Origin: a virus | IMG/VR virus record: IMGVR_UViG_3300032092_000005 | Coordinates: 88,321 to 152,320 of that record | Reading direction: 5' to 3' (one strand) | Length of the DNA stretch: 64,000 nucleotides | Shown: positions 20,641-30,661 of the stretch, piece after piece | Layout of the letters: the number at the start of each line of letters is the position of its first letter | Numbering within the stretch: the first letter of the stretch is position 1 | Translations under genes and position numbers: made by a program | The notes under the pieces: generated by a model | The model's database searches: none | The model's input: only the letters and a program-made list of their open reading frames with translations | What the model was told of the DNA's origin: nothing

Positions 20641-21459
20641 ATGGCGCGCAATAGGCATTTCAATCAGTACTCTCCTGTTAAGTCGGAGCAGTCTCTCATT
20701 AGAGATTTAGTCATAGAATCAATTAAAATCTATGGCATAGATGGATACTATCTTCCTAGAACACATGTTAATTTAGATATGATTTATGGTGAAGATGGCT
20801 CTATGATATTTGATGATGCTATTGAGATGGAATTATATGTCAAGAGTTATGACGGCTTTATGGGTCAGCAAGACTTCCTATCTAAGTTCGGACTTCAGAT
20901 TGACGAATCAATCACATTTGTAGTATCTCAAAAGCGTTTCATAGATTCTATGAAGCCCATCGTGCTGAACGAATACTCATACAATATTCTCACAGATGAT
21001 CCAGAAGACGGCAGTGGTAATTTATTGACAGAAGAGTTATACGATTACTCTAGCATATTAAGACCTAGAGAAGGTGACTTGATCTGGATTCCTATGTTAG
21101 GATACATGTATGAAATTTCATTTACAGAAAACATTGAAAACTTCTATCAACTAGGTGACGTATACACATACGAAATTCGTTGCAATAGATTCGAATACTC
21201 TAGCGAGAAAATTGATACAGGCGTTGATTTTATTGATATTGTTGAAGATCAAAACAGTTTGTCTACAGCGTTCATTGAAAAATTATTGAATGAAGACGAT
21301 ACACTATTGCTTCATGAAGACGAAACATATATTGTTAATGAGGGTGACAGTTTATCGGGCGCTGAAGTTGCTTCTAATAATGAATTGTTAGCAAGCAAAC
21401 TCCGAGAAGGAGATGTTATAGACTTCTCTGAAACAAACCCATTTGCTAAGGGATTCTAA
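20641..21459 (+). CDS. gp14: Neck protein gp14
   Basis: ESIKIYG, LSKFGL, RPREGDLI, FYQLG, DFSETNPF motifs. Confidence 0.92.
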   Translation: MARNRHFNQYSPVKSEQSLIRDLVIESIKIYGIDGYYLPRTHVNLDMIYGEDGSMIFDDAIEMELYVKSYDGFMGQQDFLSKFGLQIDESITFVVSQKRFIDSMKPIVLNEYSYNILTDDPEDGSGNLLTEELYDYSSILRPREGDLIWIPMLGYMYEISFTENIENFYQLGDVYTYEIRCNRFEYSSEKIDTGVDFIDIVEDQNSLSTAFIEKLLNEDDTLLLHEDETYIVNEGDSLSGAEVASNNELLASKLREGDVIDFSETNPFAKGF

Positions 21460-21461
21460 TT

Positions 21462-22235
21462 ATGATGTTCGGACACGATTTCTATCATGCGATATTGCGT
21501 AAGTACGTAATAATGTTTGGCAATATATTCAATGAAATTCAAGTTGACAGATTTGACAGTTCAGGAAATAAGATTCAGACACTTAATGTGCCTTTAGAGT
21601 ATTCGCCTAAACAAAAATCTATTCAGCGCGTAACTGCTGACCCAACTTTAAATAGAGATATTGCAGCTACACTTCCTAGACTTGGCTTTGAAATGACGGG
21701 GCTAACATATGCAGGCGTAAGAAAATTAAACAGTTCTACTAAAATGGTGCGAGGTGTAGACACTGGCGGTAATGACTTTGGCTATGTTTACACACCTGTT
21801 CCATATGATATGAGTTTTTCGTTGTATGTTTTTGTTAAAAACGCAGAAGACGGAACACAAATTATTGAACAGATACTTCCGTTCTTTACTCCAGATTACA
21901 CAGTCACAATTAAAGCATTACCAGAATTAAATATCAATTTAGATATTCCTATCGAATTGAATTCTGTTACTACCGATGATGCATATGAAGGCGACTTTGA
22001 TGCAAGCAGAAGAGTATTAACATGGCAGTTAGATTTTACTGTCAAGGGATATCTATTTGGACCAATCAATAAGCAGAAGTTTATTATCAATGCAAGTATA
22101 CCTCAGTACGGAGACACAGAAGCAACTCAAGCTGAAGCTTCAAGTGAATTCACAGGCAACACAGCAGATTTTAGCACTTCCGATACTGTCATTGAACTAC
22201 CAGGACCAGTGGTTGATCCATTTATTGCACCATAA
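21462..22235 (+). CDS. gp15: Tail sheath stabilizer / tail terminator gp15
   Basis: FYHxxxRKY, LPRLGFE, QIIEQILPFFTP motifs. Confidence 0.92.
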   Translation: MMFGHDFYHAILRKYVIMFGNIFNEIQVDRFDSSGNKIQTLNVPLEYSPKQKSIQRVTADPTLNRDIAATLPRLGFEMTGLTYAGVRKLNSSTKMVRGVDTGGNDFGYVYTPVPYDMSFSLYVFVKNAEDGTQIIEQILPFFTPDYTVTIKALPELNINLDIPIELNSVTTDDAYEGDFDASRRVLTWQLDFTVKGYLFGPINKQKFIINASIPQYGDTEATQAEASSEFTGNTADFSTSDTVIELPGPVVDPFIAP

Positions 22236-22660
22236 TGAAACAAACTATAGATGATAAATTGAATACGTTTCTAAATATTTTTCCTAGCAGCAATAGCGAA
22301 ACAGTAATTGACGTTGTTGCTACTGAACCAGTAAAAGAAAAATCTAAAGAAGAATCTGATATTGATGATGATTATGAGTACGCACGGAATAATCTAAAAG
22401 GACTTATCGAAAGCGGCAAGTCTGCAATGGAGAACATTGTCTTCCTTGCAAAAGAAGGTGAATCTCCTAGAGCATATGAAGTTGTTGGTCAATTGATTAA
22501 AACGTTAGCAGATACTAACAAAGACTTATTAGACTTAAGTAAAAAGGCAAGAGAAGCTAAAGGTAAAGACAACACACAGCAATCTCAAAATATCGTAACA
22601 AACAATTCACTATTTGTAGGAAGTACTGCGGAACTCCAAAAGCTGATAAAGGGAAAGTGA
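22235..22660 (+). CDS. gp16: Terminase small subunit gp16
   Basis: DYEYARNNL, PRAYEV, NNSLFVGSTAELQ motifs. Confidence 0.92.
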   Translation: MKQTIDDKLNTFLNIFPSSNSETVIDVVATEPVKEKSKEESDIDDDYEYARNNLKGLIESGKSAMENIVFLAKEGESPRAYEVVGQLIKTLADTNKDLLDLSKKAREAKGKDNTQQSQNIVTNNSLFVGSTAELQKLIKGK

Positions 22661-22666
22661 TACATT

Positions 22667-24289
22667 ATGATTAAGACCTATCTAGGTAATAAAAATCTGA
22701 AAGCAGCTGGAGTAGTTCTAAACTATACAAAAGAACAGATTGAAGAGTATTTAAAATGCGCAGAAGACCCAGTATATTTTATTGAGACTTACTGTAAGAT
22801 TGTCTCACTTGATCACGGTATCATACCATTCAAACTCTATCCATGTCAAGTAAATAAAGTAAATATCATTCACAATAACCGCAAAGTTATTTTGATGGAA
22901 GGGCGACAGCAAGGCAAGACTACAACATCCGCAGCGTACATACTTTGGTACACACTATTTCAAGAAAGCAAAATAGTTGCTATTCTTGCGAACAAAGCCG
23001 CAGCCGCGCGTGGAGTATTACATCGGTATCAATTGATGTATGAGAATCTTCCGATTTGGCTACAGCAAGGTGTGACTACATGGAACAAGGGTGATATTGA
23101 ATTAGAAAATCGATCAAAAGTATTTACAGCAGCAACATCCATTTCAGGTATTCGTGGTGAATCTGTCAACCTGTTGTATGTTGACGAAACTGCAATTATT
23201 CCTAATAACGTAGCCGAGCAGTTCTTTGCATCCGTTTATCCTACAATTTCTGCTGGTGAAACTACAAAGATTCTATTGAGTTCGACTCCTCTCGGATACA
23301 ACCATTTCTGGAAGTTCTGGAATGACGCACAAAACAATAGAAACGGATTCGTGCCGTTGTTCATTCCATATTGGGAAATTCCTGGTCGTGATGAAGCATG
23401 GGCTACAGAGCAAAGAAAACTCTTAGGAGAATTGAAGTTTACTCAAGAAGTGTTATGTAACTTCTTAGGATCAAGCTTAACTCTAATTGCTTCTGATACT
23501 ATTGCACAAATGTCGGCCGATGCTCCAATCTATTCTAAAGACGGACTCGATATCTACGAAAAAGCCGAAAAAGACTGCGCATATATCATTATTGCAGATA
23601 CTGCAAAGGGTGTCGGAGGAGATTACTCAGCATTCCAGATTTTGAACATATCTAAGATGCCGTATGTAATGGTAGGCAAATATAAGAACAATACGATTAG
23701 TCCGTTGCTATATCCTTCAGTAATCTACAAAGTCGGCAAAGATTATAATGACGCATATGTGCTGATTGAAGTTAATACTTCGGAACAAGTAGCAGAAATT
23801 CTCTATAGTGACTATGAATATGAGAACATTATCTCAGTCAATAGAACACCTAACGGGCAAGTTGTAAATGGTGGTTTTGGTGGTGGTAAAACACAGCTTG
23901 GAGTTATTACTGACAAGAAAGTGAAACGTATTGGATGCTCTAACTTTAAATCTATGGTAGAAGAAAAGAAAATGATCATCCGAGATGCAGATACTATCTC
24001 AGAAATTTCTACTTTCATTCAAAGAAAGAACAGCTACTCAGCCGATGAGGGCTACCATGACGATTTGGTTATGCCTCTAGTTTTATTTTCATGGTTGACT
24101 ACAAATACGTACTTTAAAGAATTAACTAATATAAATATTAGAAAAGAATTGTATGAAGCAAGAATTAAGATGATTGAAGATGAGGTTACACCCTTCGGAT
24201 TTATAAATACTGGAGAAGAAGAAACTCAGTTCGTTGATGCTTCTGGACAAACATGGACTACCGATGAGCGCAAATTCGATTTTTTATAA
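22667..24289 (+). CDS. gp17: Terminase large subunit gp17
   Basis: Walker A RQQGKTT, Walker B LLYVDE, SSTPLG, nuclease domain with HDDLVM. Confidence 0.96.
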   Translation: MIKTYLGNKNLKAAGVVLNYTKEQIEEYLKCAEDPVYFIETYCKIVSLDHGIIPFKLYPCQVNKVNIIHNNRKVILMEGRQQGKTTTSAAYILWYTLFQESKIVAILANKAAAARGVLHRYQLMYENLPIWLQQGVTTWNKGDIELENRSKVFTAATSISGIRGESVNLLYVDETAIIPNNVAEQFFASVYPTISAGETTKILLSSTPLGYNHFWKFWNDAQNNRNGFVPLFIPYWEIPGRDEAWATEQRKLLGELKFTQEVLCNFLGSSLTLIASDTIAQMSADAPIYSKDGLDIYEKAEKDCAYIIIADTAKGVGGDYSAFQILNISKMPYVMVGKYKNNTISPLLYPSVIYKVGKDYNDAYVLIEVNTSEQVAEILYSDYEYENIISVNRTPNGQVVNGGFGGGKTQLGVITDKKVKRIGCSNFKSMVEEKKMIIRDADTISEISTFIQRKNSYSADEGYHDDLVMPLVLFSWLTTNTYFKELTNINIRKELYEARIKMIEDEVTPFGFINTGEEETQFVDASGQTWTTDERKFDFL

Positions 24290-24292
24290 ATA
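24285..24292 (+). promoter_or_regulatory. Late promoter TATAAATA (gp18)
   Basis: Exact consensus overlapping the gp17 stop codon. Confidence 0.85.
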
Positions 24293-24351
24293 AACAAGAG
24301 AATATGAATGTGAATCATCGTGAACAAAAATCTTAAATCAAGGAGAAAAAA

Positions 24352-26220
24352 ATGGCAATTAATTTAATCTCACCAGGTATCAAAATTACAGAATCTGACA
24401 GAGTATCGTCAATTCAAGCAGCTGGAACTACTATTGGTGGAACAGCGGGACAATTTAGATGGGGTCCTATCGACACGCCTACTTTAGTTTCTAGCGAAAC
24501 ACAGTTAGCTACAGACTTCGGCACGCCTAATGCAACAAATATCATTGACTTCTTATCAGCAGCCAATTTCCTATCTTACACTCCAGCATTGTATGTTGTA
24601 AGAACAAACGCAACAAGCGCAAATAATGCTACATCAAATGGATCTAGCGTTCTTGTTAAAAATGATGACGATTATGAAAAGAATTTTGCTTCTGGAAGCG
24701 AAACTGCAAAGTCTTGGATCGCTAAACACGCAGGCGCACTAGGAAATTCGTTAGAAGTTTCTACATGCCCAAGCAGTGCTGCATGGGAAAGCACATTGAC
24801 AGGCACATTTACTGTCGCAGCAGGTTCTAAAATTGTTGTTGGCACAGGCGCAACAGCAAACACAGAATTGACTGTTGGTGACATTGTTGTTATTGGTGGA
24901 CGCTCTATTAAAGTTGCAGCTACAACTAACACTGCATACTTCACACTAGAAGAAAATCATATTACTGGCGCTACCTCAGCTACTGTAAAGCGCCGTTGGG
25001 AATTCTTTGATGCATTTGACGGTGCACCAGGAACTTCAGCGTATGCTACTGCAAGAAGTGGTGTTAACGATGAAATGCACATTGTTGTTGTCGATGAAGA
25101 TGGCGATATTACAGGAACAAAAGGCACTATTCTTGAAAAATACTCAAAAGTATCAAAAGGTTCAGATGCTAAGACTTCTCAAGGCGCAACTAACTTCTAT
25201 AGAACAATTATCAACAGCACATCTAAATGGATTCGTTGGGGATTTATAGATGAACAAGGAACAAACTGGAACACTACAGTAGTGAATAAAACATACACTG
25301 CGGTTAATAAACCTATTACATATAGTTTAGCTGGCGGTGCAGACGGAACTGTTACAGATGCATTTAGAATTACAGCATTTGCTAAATTAGCAAATAAATT
25401 GACTGTACCAGCAGGTGTAGTATTCGTTGGAAGCGCAACAGCAGCAGTTATTAACACTGTTATTGCAGACGTTGCTGAAGCTAGAAAAGACGTAGTTGTT
25501 TGCTTCTCTCCAACTTTAGCTAACTGCCAGGCTACAGATGGCGAAGTAGCTGCTATTACAGCTTTTGCAGATACAGTAACACGTTCTACATACGCAGTTA
25601 TGGATGCAAACTGGAAATACCAATACGACAAATATAACGACACATATGCATATGTTCCATGTAACGCTGACGTTGCTGGTACAATGGCAAGAGTTGATTC
25701 AGTTAAAGCACCATGGTTCTCTCCAGCTGGATATCAAGCAGGTAGAATTTTGAATGCAGTTCGTCTAGCATGGAATCCTGATCAATTAGCCCGTGATGGA
25801 TTGTATAGATATGGTGTTAACCCAATCATTACTGAGCCAGGTCGTGGAACAATCTTGTTTGGTGACAAGACATTCACTGTTCAACCAGGATCGTTTAGCA
25901 GAATTAACGTTCGTAGACTATTCATTACAATACAAAATGCAATCAGCGGATTGGCACAAAACTTATTGTTTGAAGCTAATGATGATGCTACAAGAGCAAG
26001 TTTCTTGAATACGGTTGAGCCATATATGAGAACAGTTCAAGGTGGAAGAGGTGTTACCGACTTCAAAGTTATCTGTGATGGTACTAACAATACTGAAGCT
26101 TCTATTAATGCTAATGAGTTTACGGCTGACATTTTTGTTCGTCCAGTATCTTCAATCAACTTCATTCAATTGAACTTTGTATCTGTAAGAGGTGCCTCAG
26201 CATTCGCCGAACTTGGTTAA
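24352..26220 (+). CDS. gp18: Tail sheath protein gp18
   Basis: SPGIKITE, F.WGP, YDKYND, WFSPAG, RINVRRLF motifs. Confidence 0.96.
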   Translation: MAINLISPGIKITESDRVSSIQAAGTTIGGTAGQFRWGPIDTPTLVSSETQLATDFGTPNATNIIDFLSAANFLSYTPALYVVRTNATSANNATSNGSSVLVKNDDDYEKNFASGSETAKSWIAKHAGALGNSLEVSTCPSSAAWESTLTGTFTVAAGSKIVVGTGATANTELTVGDIVVIGGRSIKVAATTNTAYFTLEENHITGATSATVKRRWEFFDAFDGAPGTSAYATARSGVNDEMHIVVVDEDGDITGTKGTILEKYSKVSKGSDAKTSQGATNFYRTIINSTSKWIRWGFIDEQGTNWNTTVVNKTYTAVNKPITYSLAGGADGTVTDAFRITAFAKLANKLTVPAGVVFVGSATAAVINTVIADVAEARKDVVVCFSPTLANCQATDGEVAAITAFADTVTRSTYAVMDANWKYQYDKYNDTYAYVPCNADVAGTMARVDSVKAPWFSPAGYQAGRILNAVRLAWNPDQLARDGLYRYGVNPIITEPGRGTILFGDKTFTVQPGSFSRINVRRLFITIQNAISGLAQNLLFEANDDATRASFLNTVEPYMRTVQGGRGVTDFKVICDGTNNTEASINANEFTADIFVRPVSSINFIQLNFVSVRGASAFAELG

Positions 26221-26251
26221 TTTTAAAGAAACAAAGTAAAGGAGAATAATA

Positions 26252-26797
26252 ATGGCAACACAAATTACATCAATATCGGATCTCGTAAAGGGAATTGGTT
26301 TGGGCGCTCGTCCAAATCTATTCCGAATCAGTTTCACAAGCGCAGATTTAACTGCCGCAAACTTTAACTCGGATTCCAATTTTTCTTTTCTATGTAAAGC
26401 GGGTCAAGTGCCAGCATCATCAATAGGCATCATCGATGTTCCTCTATTAGGTGGCCGTAGATACAAAATTGGTGGCGACAGAAGTTTCGCTGATTGGACA
26501 GTAACAGTTATGGTCGACGGAGCGATGAATGTTAGAAAAAATATAGAAGATTATCAAGCATTATTTGTTTCTAATGATTATAGCGGTACATTAGTTGGCG
26601 ATAGATCCGGTACTGAACTTACTACAGTAACTGTAGAACATTTAGGCGCTGATGATACTACTGCTACTAGAACATACTCGTTAATAAACTGCTGGCCTTC
26701 TGACATTTCAACAATCGATTTATCGTACGACACAACGGATTCTCTAGAAGAGTTTACTGTTACTTGGTCATATGACTATTTCACAGTAACATCATAA
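26252..26797 (+). CDS. gp19: Tail tube protein gp19, copy 1
   Basis: GARPNLF, GDRSFADWTVT, WPSDISTIDLSYD, EEFTVTWSYDY. Confidence 0.9.
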   Translation: MATQITSISDLVKGIGLGARPNLFRISFTSADLTAANFNSDSNFSFLCKAGQVPASSIGIIDVPLLGGRRYKIGGDRSFADWTVTVMVDGAMNVRKNIEDYQALFVSNDYSGTLVGDRSGTELTTVTVEHLGADDTTATRTYSLINCWPSDISTIDLSYDTTDSLEEFTVTWSYDYFTVTS

Positions 26798-26812
26798 TAA
26801 TAGGAGGCTAAT

Positions 26813-27364
26813 ATGGCAGCATTTTCAATTAGTAGTTTTAGATCCGCCCTAGCGGGTGGCGTACACGCAAATTTGTTTAAATTTTCACTTACATTCGAAG
26901 ACACAATTAGTGCAGTAACAGATGCAGATGCTAATTTTGTAACAAACTTCAGTGCTTTAGGTAAGTCTGGCGCAATTCCTGCTATGACCTTGGGAATTAT
27001 TGAAGTTCCGTTTAGAGGGCGTAGAGCTAAGATTCCCGGAGATAGATCATTTGGAGAGTGGACAGCAACATTTATCAATACTGCTGATCAAAAGTTTAGA
27101 GCTGGTTTTGAAGCATGGGCAACTTACATTGCTAGTAATAATTATGACGAAACCGACGGCGTGATTAGCGAGAAATCTGATACAGACTATAAGTGTACTA
27201 TTCAAATAGATCAATTAGGTGACGATGGGGAAGCACTAAGAACTTATAAACTGATAAGTGCATTTCCTACAGAAATCTCTGCAATCGACCTTTCATACGA
27301 TACAGTCGATGCTATTGAAGAGTTTTCTGTCACTTTTCAGTATAGTTATTTCGAGCTTGAATAA
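26813..27364 (+). CDS. gp19: Tail tube protein gp19, copy 2
   Basis: VPFRGR, PGDRSFGEWT, FPTEISAIDLSYD, EEFSVTFQY. Confidence 0.9.
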   Translation: MAAFSISSFRSALAGGVHANLFKFSLTFEDTISAVTDADANFVTNFSALGKSGAIPAMTLGIIEVPFRGRRAKIPGDRSFGEWTATFINTADQKFRAGFEAWATYIASNNYDETDGVISEKSDTDYKCTIQIDQLGDDGEALRTYKLISAFPTEISAIDLSYDTVDAIEEFSVTFQYSYFELE

Positions 27365-27377
27365 TCTTTTCGTGGCG

Positions 27378-27385
27378 TATAAATA
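27378..27385 (+). promoter_or_regulatory. Late promoter TATAAATA (before portal)
   Basis: Exact consensus. Confidence 0.8.
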
Positions 27386-27406
27386 CGTTGCGTAATAGTT
27401 TTTGTA

Positions 27407-27432
27407 GGGGGACTATTAACGTCCCCCTTTTT
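27407..27432 (+). terminator. Rho-independent terminator
   Basis: GGGGGAC-TATTAAC-GTCCCCC followed by TTTTT. Confidence 0.85.
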
Positions 27433-27449
27433 AATGGAAGAGACTCAAA

Positions 27450-28991
27450 ATGGCAATAAAATTATTTGGATTTAAGATAGGTAAAGACGAACCTCAGCAA
27501 GATGCGGTTAAATCATTCGTTCCTCCGAACGATCAAGAAGATTCGACTTCAGTTGTTGGCGGTGGTATTTACGGAACTTATGTCGATCTTGAAGGTCAAG
27601 TTAGAAATGATGCAGACTTAATCAAGAAATACCGTGAAATGGCATTGCAGCCAGAATGTGACACAGCTATTGACGATATCGTCAATGAAGCTATTGTATT
27701 TGATAAAAATAATTATCCGGTACAGATTGTTTTAGATAGACTAGAACAGCCAGAATCTGTAAAGAAAAAGATTAAAGAAGAATATGAACATATCGTAAAG
27801 CTTTTGGATTTTAACAATCAAGCTTATGATATATTCCGTAGATGGTATATTGATGGTAAGTTGTACTATCATATGCTAATCGATGAAAAGAATCCTAGAC
27901 TAGGTATCCAAGAAGTGCGATACATTGATCCTAGAAAGATTCGAAAAATTAAAGAAGTGCCTAGATCAAAAGAGAACATTGCTACAGGACAACCTCAAGC
28001 AGTCAAGTATGTTGATTACTATGTGTTTTCTGAAAAGGGTTTTGTCAGAGATAATAGTCAGGGCTTAAGAATCTCTCCAGATTCTATTTGCTATACGCAT
28101 TCGGGACTTACAGATAAAGACGGCAAAGTCATTATCTCATATCTACACAAAGCAATTAAGCCTTTGAATCAGCTCCGAATGCTTGAAGATGCTACAGTCA
28201 TCTACCGCATTTCAAGAGCACCTGAACGTAGAATTTTCTATATTGACGTTGGTAATCTGCCTAAAATGAAAGCAGAACAATACTTGCGCGAGATTATGCA
28301 GAAGTACAAGAACAAACTAGTATATGACGCAAGCACTGGTGAAATTCGTGACGATAGAAGATATCAGACAATGCTTGAAGACTTCTGGCTACCAAGACGC
28401 GAAGGCGGTAAAGGCACAGAGATTACTACACTTCCTGGTGGACAAAACTTAGGCGAAATTGAAGACGTACTATACTTCCAAAAGAAGATGTATAAGTCAT
28501 TGAACGTTCCTATTTCAAGACTAGAATCTAATGACGGATTCTCACTAGGTAGAGCTTCTGAAATTACAAGAGATGAATTGAAATTCAACAAATTCATTCA
28601 AAGATTGCGCCTAAGATTCTCGCATCTATTCGATAAGCTACTAGAAACACAGCTATTGCTTAAGGGCATTTGCACAAAGCAAGAATGGCAACAATTAAAA
28701 GAAGATATTTCTTATGATTACGTTTCTGATGTATATTTCACTGAGCTAAAAGAAGTTGAAATTATGAAAGAGCGTCTAGCGATTCTTACAGACCTCGATC
28801 CGTTCGTTGGCAAATATTTCTCTCTTAACTATATCCGTACTAATATCTTACGTCAATCTGAAGATGATATTGAAAAGATGGATAAAGAAATGCTAGAAGA
28901 CGCAGAGAAAACAGCAGCAGTAGCAGAGGATGAGCCACCTCCACCTGAACCAAAACCTATTCCAGTTACACTAGCTAAGCCAGCAGAATAA
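27450..28991 (+). CDS. gp20: Portal protein gp20
   Basis: YRISRAPERRIFYIDVGNLPK, EDFWLPRREGGKGTEI, ITRDELKF. Confidence 0.97.
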   Translation: MAIKLFGFKIGKDEPQQDAVKSFVPPNDQEDSTSVVGGGIYGTYVDLEGQVRNDADLIKKYREMALQPECDTAIDDIVNEAIVFDKNNYPVQIVLDRLEQPESVKKKIKEEYEHIVKLLDFNNQAYDIFRRWYIDGKLYYHMLIDEKNPRLGIQEVRYIDPRKIRKIKEVPRSKENIATGQPQAVKYVDYYVFSEKGFVRDNSQGLRISPDSICYTHSGLTDKDGKVIISYLHKAIKPLNQLRMLEDATVIYRISRAPERRIFYIDVGNLPKMKAEQYLREIMQKYKNKLVYDASTGEIRDDRRYQTMLEDFWLPRREGGKGTEITTLPGGQNLGEIEDVLYFQKKMYKSLNVPISRLESNDGFSLGRASEITRDELKFNKFIQRLRLRFSHLFDKLLETQLLLKGICTKQEWQQLKEDISYDYVSDVYFTELKEVEIMKERLAILTDLDPFVGKYFSLNYIRTNILRQSEDDIEKMDKEMLEDAEKTAAVAEDEPPPPEPKPIPVTLAKPAE

Positions 28992-29007
28992 CTGAATATT
29001 AAGTTTT

Positions 29008-29015
29008 TATAAATA
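29008..29015 (+). promoter_or_regulatory. Late promoter TATAAATA
   Basis: Exact consensus before the prohead core genes. Confidence 0.85.
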
Positions 29016-29041
29016 TATAAAGCAAATTAAGGAGCTATATC

Positions 29042-29263
29042 ATGGAACATATTCAGACAGCATTACAACACGCTTATCAAGCTAAGCCTTTAGAATTTAA
29101 AAATTCTATCATTGCAGCATTAGAAGATAAACTAAGCGATGCATTAGAGATGAAAAAAATGTCAGTTGCCAGTACAGTTTTAAAACAAGATGAATCGTCT
29201 TCGGAAGAAGAAGAAGATGAGTCACCAGAAATTTCAGAGGTTAATTCAGATGAAGAGCTTTAA
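29042..29263 (+). CDS. Prohead core protein, gp67-like
   Basis: Small acidic-tailed ORF immediately after the portal gene, as for T4 gp67. Confidence 0.6.
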   Translation: MEHIQTALQHAYQAKPLEFKNSIIAALEDKLSDALEMKKMSVASTVLKQDESSSEEEEDESPEISEVNSDEEL

Positions 29264-29483
29264 GGATTTTATTCAAATAAACGAGCTTAAACTGCCGAAG
29301 TATTCGCATGGCGGCGCATACGACATAATCAAAGCTAAGATGAAAGAAGATGTTGACGCAACAGAAGTTCTTTTTAGCCTTTATGAAAATTTAAGCGCAG
29401 AAAATCAAGAGATGTTTTTAACTAGATTAGAATCTGATGCAGATGCGTTATTAGATTTTGCTACAATTTCAAAGGTAGAATAA
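29250..29483 (+). CDS. Small internal head/prohead protein
   Basis: Likely start at ATG 29250 (MKSFKDFIQINE), resembling the T4 capsid-targeting sequence MKTYQEFIAE; GAGG upstream. Confidence 0.6.
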   Translation: MKSFKDFIQINELKLPKYSHGGAYDIIKAKMKEDVDATEVLFSLYENLSAENQEMFLTRLESDADALLDFATISKVE

Positions 29484-29484
29484 A

Positions 29485-29949
29485 ATGGCTGATGCAGTAA
29501 CAACACAAGTATTAAAAGACCATGCTTCAGCATGGGCAGTAAAGCTAACAAATATTTCTGACGGAACGGGTGAAACAAACGTTAGAAAAGTTACAGCCAA
29601 TTCTTTGATCGCAACTAACGGCGACAATTCAACACAGAGATTAACTATCACAAAACTCTTTTGGTCAGTAGCATCTGGAACAAGTTCATTAATGTCTCCT
29701 AGAGTTACTATTCTATGGAATGGAACTTCAGCAAACACAGTAGCAGCTACATTGACTGGTTCAGGATATTGGGATTTAGTAGCAAGTGGTCAATGTCCAA
29801 TTACAAACAATGCAAGCAATCCAACAGGTGACATTCTATTGTCCACAGTAGGATTTACAGCTAATGCTGCATACACAGTTATTCTAGAAGGTAAGAAGAC
29901 TTCTGGTTACGTAAGTCGTGAATCAACTGATGACGGCATCTCGCCATAA
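29485..29949 (+). CDS. Hypothetical beta-rich virion protein
   Basis: 154-aa ORF in the head operon between the core genes and the protease. Confidence 0.7.
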   Translation: MADAVTTQVLKDHASAWAVKLTNISDGTGETNVRKVTANSLIATNGDNSTQRLTITKLFWSVASGTSSLMSPRVTILWNGTSANTVAATLTGSGYWDLVASGQCPITNNASNPTGDILLSTVGFTANAAYTVILEGKKTSGYVSRESTDDGISP

Positions 29950-29964
29950 TAAGGAGATAATCAC

Positions 29965-30615
29965 ATGAAACTAATCACAGAAATTAATGAAGAAGTAAAG
30001 ATTATTACCGAGCAAAATGAATCGGGTGGTAAGAACTTTTACATTGAAGGCATTTTTATGCAAGCTGAATTGCCTAATAGAAATAACCGTATGTACTCTC
30101 TTCCAATTCTACAAAAAGAAACGAATAGATATGTAACAGAATTCGTAAATAAGAATCGTGCATATGGAGAGCTAGGTCATCCAGATGGTCCTAATATTAA
30201 TTTGGAAAGAGTGTCACACTTGATCAAGAGCTTAAGACAAGAAGGTAATAACTTCATTGGCAAAGCAAAGATCATGGATACTCCTTACGGCAATATCGTA
30301 AAGAATTTATTATCTGAAGGCGCAACTATTGGCGTATCTACAAGAGGCATGGGTTCTCTAATAGAAGGCAAAAATGGTATTAAAATTGTTAAGGACGACT
30401 TTCACTTAGCAACAGCAGCAGATATCGTAGCCGATCCTTCTGCACCTGATGCATACGTGCGTGGCATTATGGAAGGCAAAGAGTGGGTTTGGGATAACGG
30501 AGTAATTAGAGAAGCAGATGTTGTAAAACAAAAAGAAGTCATTCAAGGTTCTTCTAAGAAAAACTTAGAAGAAAATATGATTAAAGTTTTCCAAGATTTC
30601 ATTTCCAAATTATAA
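29965..30615 (+). CDS. gp21: Prohead protease gp21
   Basis: YIEGIFMQ, GELGHP, GVSTRGMGS, ADPSAPDA. Confidence 0.95.
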   Translation: MKLITEINEEVKIITEQNESGGKNFYIEGIFMQAELPNRNNRMYSLPILQKETNRYVTEFVNKNRAYGELGHPDGPNINLERVSHLIKSLRQEGNNFIGKAKIMDTPYGNIVKNLLSEGATIGVSTRGMGSLIEGKNGIKIVKDDFHLATAADIVADPSAPDAYVRGIMEGKEWVWDNGVIREADVVKQKEVIQGSSKKNLEENMIKVFQDFISKL

Positions 30616-30619
30616 CTTG

Positions 30620-30627
30620 TATAAATA
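30620..30627 (+). promoter_or_regulatory. Late promoter TATAAATA (gp22)
   Basis: Exact consensus. Confidence 0.85.
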
Positions 30628-30661
30628 GATATAGTTAAATATCATAAAAAGGAGACCTATT

